64,000 bases of DNA, taken from the NCBI GenBank assembly GCA_965248695.1, contig CBDFKD010000002.1, positions 1 through 64,000 on the forward strand, read 5' to 3'. The translations under genes and the position numbers were made by a program. Under the pieces are notes generated by a model that saw only the letters and a list, made by a program, of their open reading frames with translations, made no database searches and had not been told where the DNA came from. Source of the DNA: Acidobacteriota bacterium (GTDB lineage: Bacteria; Acidobacteriota; UBA890; WLXD01). Positions 58,126 to 64,000 of this stretch are shown here, one piece after another (positions within the stretch are counted from its first letter, which is position 1; every line of letters starts with the position of its first letter).

Positions 58126-58157
58126 CGAGCGATGATACGTCTTGCGGCGACAATCAG

Positions 58158-58235
58158 TGGCGGGGCCGACGGGATTTGAACCCGCGATCTCCGGCTTGAC
58201 AGGCCGGCGTGTTAACCAGGCTACACCACGGCCCC
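58158..58235 (-). tRNA. tRNA-Asp(GTC)
   Basis: Cloverleaf GGGGCCG..CTGTCAA..TTCAAAT..CGGCCCCGCCA. Confidence 0.97.
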
Positions 58236-58278
58236 GCCCGAAAAGCGGTCTGCTGCGCCGCTGGCGACGGCAAAAAAA

Positions 58279-58354
58279 TGGTGGGCGGTACCGGACTCGA
58301 ACCAGTGGCCCCCTGCTTGTAAGGCAGGTGCTCTCCCAGCTGAGCTAACCGCCC
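58279..58354 (-). tRNA. tRNA-Val(TAC)
   Basis: Cloverleaf GGGCGGT..CTTACAA..TTCGAGT..ACCGCCCACCA. Confidence 0.97.
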
Positions 58355-58365
58355 ACGCGGGTCGG

Positions 58366-58374
58366 ATTCTAGCA
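58366..58374 (-). promoter_or_regulatory. Extended -10 promoter element for the tRNA operon
   Basis: TGCTAGAAT about 12 nt upstream of tRNA-Val. Confidence 0.55.
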
Positions 58375-58467
58375 TAAGCGCGGGCCCCTAAAGCTCACCG
58401 CGAGGCAGCCTCAACGGCTCACCGAGAGACAGCTCGAATATCTCAGCGGCTCGGCAGCTCGAACGGC

Positions 58468-59202
58468 TCAGCGACGCAGCAGCGCCTTCATCTCGGCGAC
58501 CGCCCGCGTCAGACCCACGAAGCTCGCGCGCGCAACGATGTTGTGGCCGATGTTGAGCTCGATAATCTCCGGCACCTGCACGATGGCACCGACGTTGCGG
58601 TAAGTAAGCCCGTGACCGGCAGCCACTCGTAGGCCGGCCTCGCGCGCGTGTCTGGCCGTCTCGGCCGCCTTGTCTCGCTGGCGCATCGTGACCGCCGAAT
58701 CACGCTCCTCGCTGGCGTCGGCGTAGGCCGCGGTATTGATCTCGATCTGCTGAACACCGGACTCAGCGGCCGCGTCCACCTGGCGGCGGTCCGGGTCGAT
58801 GAAAATCGCCACATCGATACCCACTTCCTGGAGCGCCTGCACGGTGTCAGCCAGGCGAGCAGGATCGGCGGCGACATCGAGACCGCCCTCGGTAGTGATC
58901 TCGTCGTCACGTTCGGGTACCAGCGAGACGTTGTGCGGCCGAAACTGCAGCGCCAACTTCAGCATCTCCTCCGTGCACGCCATCTCGACGTTCAGGTGCG
59001 TCTTGACGGTGGCCGCCAGCAACTCGACGTCGCGCTCGTTGATATGGCGCCTGTCGGTGCGCAGGTGGACGGTGATGCCGTCGGCGCCCCCCAGCTCCGC
59101 CAGCACCGCTGCCTGCACGGGATCAGGTTCCGGAGCGCGCCGCGCCTGCCGCAGGGTGGCGATATGGTCGATGTTGACGCCCAGGAACATCGCGTCTGCC
59201 AT
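58468..59202 (-). CDS. pdxJ: Pyridoxine 5'-phosphate synthase
   Basis: LGVNIDHIATLRQAR, HLRTDRRHI, TTEGG, AGHGL, ELNIGH. Confidence 0.97.
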   Translation of the reverse strand: MADAMFLGVNIDHIATLRQARRAPEPDPVQAAVLAELGGADGITVHLRTDRRHINERDVELLAATVKTHLNVEMACTEEMLKLALQFRPHNVSLVPERDDEITTEGGLDVAADPARLADTVQALQEVGIDVAIFIDPDRRQVDAAAESGVQQIEINTAAYADASEERDSAVTMRQRDKAAETARHAREAGLRVAAGHGLTYRNVGAIVQVPEIIELNIGHNIVARASFVGLTRAVAEMKALLRR

Positions 59203-59251
59203 CGGAACAACCTCGTCGAAGCGGAGAGGGTGCTGCGGCGGCGAGGCGAGC

Positions 59252-60625
59252 TCAGGCCGACGCTTCGAGAGCGCTCACGATATCACTGGCCAGGCTGGCG
59301 ATCTGTCCGGCGTCCTCGCCCTCCACCATCACCCGCGCCATCGCCTGCGTTCCCGAGTACCGGACCAGCACCCTGCCGCGCTCACCCAGGCTCGACTCGG
59401 CCTCGCGGATCGCCGCCAGCACCTCCGGTAGCTCCTCGATCGGTCGGCGGTCGGCGACATCGACGTTCTTCAGCACTTGCGGGAGCGGCTGCATCGACGC
59501 GGCGAGCTCGCTCAGGGAGCGGCCCGTCTCGCGCATCACCTGCAACACCTGGAGAGCCGTGATCAACCCGTCACCGGTAGTGTTGAAATCGAGAAACACC
59601 GTATGCCCGGATTGCTCACCGCCAATACAGAAGCCGCCGCTGCGCATTTTGGCGACGACGTGCCGATCGCCGACGTCCGTACGCTCGACCTTCACGTCGA
59701 TCTCGCGCAACGCCAGGTCGAGGCCGAGGTTGCTCATCACTGTGGCCACGACCGTATCGTGGCGAAGATCACCCTTGTCCTTCCAAGCGTTGGCGCAGAT
59801 CGCCAACACATGATCGCCGTCGATCAGGTTGCCGTCGCTATCGACCAGCACGCAGCGATCCGCGTCGCCGTCCAGGCACACTCCAACGTCGGCCGCCCCT
59901 TCGCGCACCCGCGACGCGGCCGCCTGAGCGTGCATCGACCCCACCCCGTCGTTGATGTTCGTGCCGCTCGGCGAGGTGCCGAGGGCGATAACGTCGGCGC
60001 CGAGCTCGGCCATCACCGCGGGGCCGACACGATACGCCGCACCGTGCGCCGCATCGACGACGACTCGCATACCGTCGAGCGTGAATCCCCGTGGCAGTGT
60101 CCCTTTGAGGAACTCCACGTAGCGCCCCGCCACGTCGTCGACGCGGAACGCTTTACCGACAGAGTCTGCCGTGGGTCGAACATCATCGATCCGGCCAGTG
60201 AAGGTGAGGTCCTCGATCTCCTCCTCGAGCTTGTCGGGAAGCTTGTACCCGTCGCGGTTGAAGAACTTGATCCCGTTGTCCATGTACGGGTTGTGAGACG
60301 CAGAGATGACGATGCCGGCATCGGCGCGCAGTGACCGCGTCGCGAAGGCGATACCAGGCGTAGGCAGTGGGCCCACCAGAATCGCGTCGACGCCCATCGA
60401 GCAGATCCCGGCGACCAGCGCGCTCTCGAGCATGTAGCCCGACAGCCGCGTGTCCTTGCCGATCAGGATGCGATGACGGTGCGTGCCCCCACGGAAGACG
60501 TGCGCCGCGGAGCGGCCCAACCGCACCGCCGTCTCCACCGTCATGGGCTCGATGTTGGCGACGCCACGAACCCCGTCGGTGCCGAACAGCCGCACACCAC
60601 CGGCGCGCTTACCGAACTCGTTCAT
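59252..60625 (-). CDS. glmM: Phosphoglucosamine mutase
   Basis: FGTDGVRG, ISASHNP, DGDADR, GGEQSGH, RYSGT. Confidence 0.97.
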   Translation of the reverse strand: MNEFGKRAGGVRLFGTDGVRGVANIEPMTVETAVRLGRSAAHVFRGGTHRHRILIGKDTRLSGYMLESALVAGICSMGVDAILVGPLPTPGIAFATRSLRADAGIVISASHNPYMDNGIKFFNRDGYKLPDKLEEEIEDLTFTGRIDDVRPTADSVGKAFRVDDVAGRYVEFLKGTLPRGFTLDGMRVVVDAAHGAAYRVGPAVMAELGADVIALGTSPSGTNINDGVGSMHAQAAASRVREGAADVGVCLDGDADRCVLVDSDGNLIDGDHVLAICANAWKDKGDLRHDTVVATVMSNLGLDLALREIDVKVERTDVGDRHVVAKMRSGGFCIGGEQSGHTVFLDFNTTGDGLITALQVLQVMRETGRSLSELAASMQPLPQVLKNVDVADRRPIEELPEVLAAIREAESSLGERGRVLVRYSGTQAMARVMVEGEDAGQIASLASDIVSALEASA

Positions 60626-61596
60626 GACGAGCTCGCAGGCTGATCGTAGACGTGGACATCGATTCGGCTCTGCGGCGTGATCGCCATGACCTCGATGTGT
60701 TCGGCCAGTGAGGGGTCGGCGAACTCGATTTGCGGCTCGACTCGGTAGTCTTCGGTACGCGGCGCCAGCTCGGTGGCGTCCAGACGAGCAATGATGTCGT
60801 CGGGCTCGAGGGCATCCAGCACCGAGGGCGGGCCGCGCAACACCAGGCCGATCTCGCCGGGGTTCACCACGACACGATACGCGTCCGCGACAATCGACAC
60901 GGTGATTCCGTCCAGCTGCCGAGGAACCGCCGCCTCCGTGATGACGATCGTCATGACCACGCTCGTACCCCGCTCGACCGTCACCAGCGGATCGTCGGTC
61001 AGCACGGCCAACTCTCGCGTGACCGGCTCACGACGACCGGCAACGTTGACAATCTCCGTCGACACGCTGGTGAGCTGACCGACGAGTGAGGCCGGCCCGG
61101 TCACCGACACTACCGTGGGCTCGACCACCTTGTCGCTGATCTCGAAGCCCTCCGCTGGACTGCCCTCGACGACCGCGTTCACCGGCAGCTCGGCGCGCAC
61201 GCGTTCGTCGAGCTGGACTCTGAGCAGCGGAGGGTCAATGCGCGCGACCCGGACGCCGAACGGATTGTCGATGTCGTCGCCCGACAGCGTGATCACATTG
61301 TCGCCGAGCGTGGCGCCGAACATATCGATGCGCGGTGACAGTTGACCGGGGGTCAGATCTCGTGTCCGAGCCGGCATGCCACGAACGGTCACCTCGACCG
61401 TCGGGGAGGCACCGTCAAGCAATGCCATGTCGGACGGGATGTTCAGCAGCTGTACCGGGACGCCGACGACGATGTGCGGTACGTCGGCGTCGGGTACCAC
61501 ACTCCACAGTCCTAGCGCCATCGCCAGCGACACCAGCTTGAGCGGCAGGTTGTCGAACGGCCGGAGGTTTGCCCAGGCCGCCGTTACGCGGTTCAT
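60622..61596 (-). CDS. cdaR: YbbR-domain regulator of diadenylate cyclase
   Basis: KLVSLAMALGLW TM segment followed by YbbR repeats; between cdaA and glmM. Confidence 0.85.
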   Translation of the reverse strand: MNRVTAAWANLRPFDNLPLKLVSLAMALGLWSVVPDADVPHIVVGVPVQLLNIPSDMALLDGASPTVEVTVRGMPARTRDLTPGQLSPRIDMFGATLGDNVITLSGDDIDNPFGVRVARIDPPLLRVQLDERVRAELPVNAVVEGSPAEGFEISDKVVEPTVVSVTGPASLVGQLTSVSTEIVNVAGRREPVTRELAVLTDDPLVTVERGTSVVMTIVITEAAVPRQLDGITVSIVADAYRVVVNPGEIGLVLRGPPSVLDALEPDDIIARLDATELAPRTEDYRVEPQIEFADPSLAEHIEVMAITPQSRIDVHVYDQPASSS

Positions 61597-62474
61597 TCGT
61601 GCACCGCCTGCGGCGTACCATCGTGCTCCGCCCGAGGCACGCTGACAGGCTCGGTTGCTTCGGCCTGCACGGCAGTAGACTCCTGAAGGCCCTCCTCAGG
61701 GGCCTGCGCCTCCCGCGCCTCGGACTCCACCACCAGCAGCTCCCGTAGCCGCCGGCTCAGCGAGGCTGCATCGAGACGCCTGGTTATCTTGCCTCCGACG
61801 GCCAGTGCCAAGCTGCCGGACTCCTCGGAAACGACCAGCGCGACAGCGTCAGTCTCTTCAGAAATGCCGATTGCCGCTCGGTGACGCGAGCCGAGAGCGC
61901 GCGCCAGCCGCGGATTGGACGTCAGGGGTAAGAAACACGAGCCGGCGGCAATGCGCTCGCCACGCACAATCACCGCGCCGTCGTGCAGTGAGGTACCGGG
62001 ATGGAAGATCGAGAACAGCAGATCGTACGAGATGCTGGCGTCCAGCGTGATGCCCTGATCGATGTAGTTCTGCAACCCGACGCCACGCTCGAACACGATG
62101 ATGGCGCCGCGACGCTCGGCCGCCATCGCGGTTGCCGCGCTGACGATGTCGTCGAACGGCTCGGTAGGAATCGCCGGGGTCAACCCGCGGAGCGCCGCGG
62201 TGCGTCCGAGATGCGCCAGGCCGCGGCGAAGCTCGGACTGAAACAGCACGATGACGGCGAGCACGATGTAGGTAAACACGTTCGACAGCAGCCAAACCAC
62301 CGTGCTTAGCTGCAGCAGATTGGCGACCGTATAGGCGACGAATACGAGCACCAGCCCGACTACCACGCGGACGGCGCGAGTGCCCTGGATGAGGATCAGG
62401 CTCCGGTAGAGTACATACGCCACCAGCAGGACGTCGACGACGTCACGTAACTCGAACTGGGTCAGGAGATCCAT
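61593..62474 (-). CDS. cdaA: Membrane diadenylate cyclase
   Basis: Three TM helices; LHDGAV and GSRHRAAIG motifs. Confidence 0.95.
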   Translation of the reverse strand: MDLLTQFELRDVVDVLLVAYVLYRSLILIQGTRAVRVVVGLVLVFVAYTVANLLQLSTVVWLLSNVFTYIVLAVIVLFQSELRRGLAHLGRTAALRGLTPAIPTEPFDDIVSAATAMAAERRGAIIVFERGVGLQNYIDQGITLDASISYDLLFSIFHPGTSLHDGAVIVRGERIAAGSCFLPLTSNPRLARALGSRHRAAIGISEETDAVALVVSEESGSLALAVGGKITRRLDAASLSRRLRELLVVESEAREAQAPEEGLQESTAVQAEATEPVSVPRAEHDGTPQAVHE

Positions 62475-63697
62475 CCCGCGCCCTCGGACCGGATAGCCGC
62501 GGCGACTGCGACGACCCGACGCATCGCGCCGACATCGTGAACTCTGAGGATATTGGCCCCGTAGAGAACTGCTGCGGCTACCGCTGCTGCGGTGCCTTCT
62601 AAACGCTCTTCTGTAGGCAAATCTAACACGGCTCCAACAAAGGATTTGCGCGACGGTCCGACCATCAGCGGGCGGCCGAGCGAGCGTAGGGCCGCAGTGT
62701 GCCGCAGGATCGTCAGGCTGTGCTCGGCACGCTTGGCAAAGCCGATGCCGGGATCGATAACTATGGCGTCCTCGGCCACACCGGCGACGTGGGCGCGGGC
62801 GATCGCTTCGCGCAGCTCACGAACCACCTCGGCAACCACATCCTGATATTCCGCCCGCTCGGTCATGTCGGCTGGATCGCCGCGCGTATGCATGAGTACG
62901 AGCGGGACATCGGCAGCCGCTGCGACGCCGCCGAGCTCCGGATCGTGGTCCAGGCCACTGACATCGTTGATCATGCAGGCTCCCGCCTGCAGGGCGGCGC
63001 GCGCCACCTCGGCGTGGCGCGTGTCGATCGAGATCGGCACGTCCACTCTGGCCGCGAGTGCCTCAACCACCGGTGCCACGCGCTCGATCTCATCGGCAAC
63101 GGCAACCGGTTCGCCTCCCGGGCGGGTCGACTCACCGCCAACGTCGACGATGTCGGCGCCCTCGTCGACCATCCGCACTCCCTGGTCGGCGGCGTTGGTT
63201 CCCTGCACTCGGCTCCCGGCGTAGAACGAGTCGGGGGTACAGTTGACGATCCCCATCAGCAGCGGCTTCACTCCGCACTGCAAAGTCCGGGGGCCGCAAC
63301 GCAACGTGAACTCGCGGCGATGGTAGGCGCGGAGCACAGTCGCGATCTCTTCAGCGATCGACAGCAGCCCAGATGGCGCCGCCAGGAGCTGACTACGCAG
63401 GGCCTCTAGCTGCTGGATGCTGATAGCGATATGGACGACGCCAGTCGCTCCGTGGGCCAGCTGGCAGCACCCGCCAACGAGCCCGACGGCTCGTAGAAAG
63501 GCCTCGATCAGGGCGTCGTCCAGCCGATCGACGCGGATCAGGTAGCTGCCCAGCTCGGCGCCCAACCGATCGGTCTCCGGGCTGCCTGCGAGCGCCTCCG
63601 GTACCGGATCGAATCCCTTCAGAACGACGGCGTTGGGCGGCGACGACTGGCCCGCCTGCGATGGCCGGGCCGCTGGGGCGCCGGCCGGGTGGGTCAC
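62462..63697 (-). CDS. folP: Dihydropteroate synthase with N-terminal extension
   Basis: MGIVNCTPDSF, GGESTRPG, INDVSG, DPGIGF, SRKSF, RVHDV. Confidence 0.95.
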   Translation of the reverse strand: MTHPAGAPAARPSQAGQSSPPNAVVLKGFDPVPEALAGSPETDRLGAELGSYLIRVDRLDDALIEAFLRAVGLVGGCCQLAHGATGVVHIAISIQQLEALRSQLLAAPSGLLSIAEEIATVLRAYHRREFTLRCGPRTLQCGVKPLLMGIVNCTPDSFYAGSRVQGTNAADQGVRMVDEGADIVDVGGESTRPGGEPVAVADEIERVAPVVEALAARVDVPISIDTRHAEVARAALQAGACMINDVSGLDHDPELGGVAAAADVPLVLMHTRGDPADMTERAEYQDVVAEVVRELREAIARAHVAGVAEDAIVIDPGIGFAKRAEHSLTILRHTAALRSLGRPLMVGPSRKSFVGAVLDLPTEERLEGTAAAVAAAVLYGANILRVHDVGAMRRVVAVAAAIRSEGAGWIS

Positions 63698-64000
63698 CCG
63701 GTGAACCCTTCTGCCGGCTGCGCGGGCAGGCCGATCGCCGGCTCTTCGTCGGCCATCTCGTCCGCCTCGGGCTCGGTCCGCACGGGCGACACCGGTCCAT
63801 CGCCTGAATCGAGATCCGGCAACGGCCGACCGTCGATGAGCGCTGACACGTCGTCGGCATCGAGCACCTCGCGCGCCAGCAGCGCCTTGGCGATGGAGTG
63901 CAGGTGCTCGAGGTTTTCGGTCAACATCTGCGTGGTCGCCACGTAGCCCTCGTCGATGATGCGCTTGATCTCTTCGTCGATGATGTATGCCGTGCCCTCG
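63694..64000 (-). CDS. ftsH: ATP-dependent zinc metalloprotease FtsH, 3' end only
   Basis: EGTAYIIDEEIKRIIDEGY..LHSIAKALLAREVLD; conserved ftsH-folP synteny. Confidence 0.88.
   Translation of the reverse strand, partial: EGTAYIIDEEIKRIIDEGYVATTQMLTENLEHLHSIAKALLAREVLDADDVSALIDGRPLPDLDSGDGPVSPVRTEPEADEMADEEPAIGLPAQPAEGFTG

Noticed and set aside
58158-58175. att duplicate of the tRNA-Asp 3' end marking the far island boundary
   Set aside because: No convincing second copy found by eye in this window
58385-58470. Degenerate GCTCACCG/CAGCTCGAA repeats between pdxJ and tRNA-Val
   Set aside because: Too short and irregular to support a functional call

Overview
High-GC bacterial chromosome segment; the gene content suggests an Acidobacteriota-like host (inference). 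(1) 1..~25,000 is the late region of a siphovirus-type prophage, almost all on the minus strand: ParB-like/DNA methyltransferase, terS, terL, Xis-like HTH, an inserted RelE/HigB-type toxin-antitoxin pair, portal fused to a MuF-like domain, DUF2213-like protease/scaffold, decoration protein, encapsulin-like major capsid, head-tail connectors, major tail protein, G/GT chaperones with a -1 slippery site, a 1933-aa tape measure and distal tail genes. The best candidate for a new system is a WbdD-like methyltransferase-kinase plus a GT4 glycosyltransferase sitting inside the head-tail connector module, which suggests a virion glycan-building and capping module. Two structured non-coding RNA candidates lie between terS and terL and in front of the major tail gene. 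(2) ~25,200..55,500 holds host genes: a Gld-like ABC system, OPT and MFS transporters, many secreted hydrolases, a beta-oxidation cluster bracketed by a 52-bp direct repeat, and a PQQ dehydrogenase. (3) An IS3-family element (55,544..56,803) truncates genes on both sides and is followed by polysaccharide-cluster remnants next to tRNA-Asp and tRNA-Val. (4) The core operon ftsH-folP-cdaA-cdaR-glmM-pdxJ ends the window. All family calls come from motif recognition by eye; no database searches were run.
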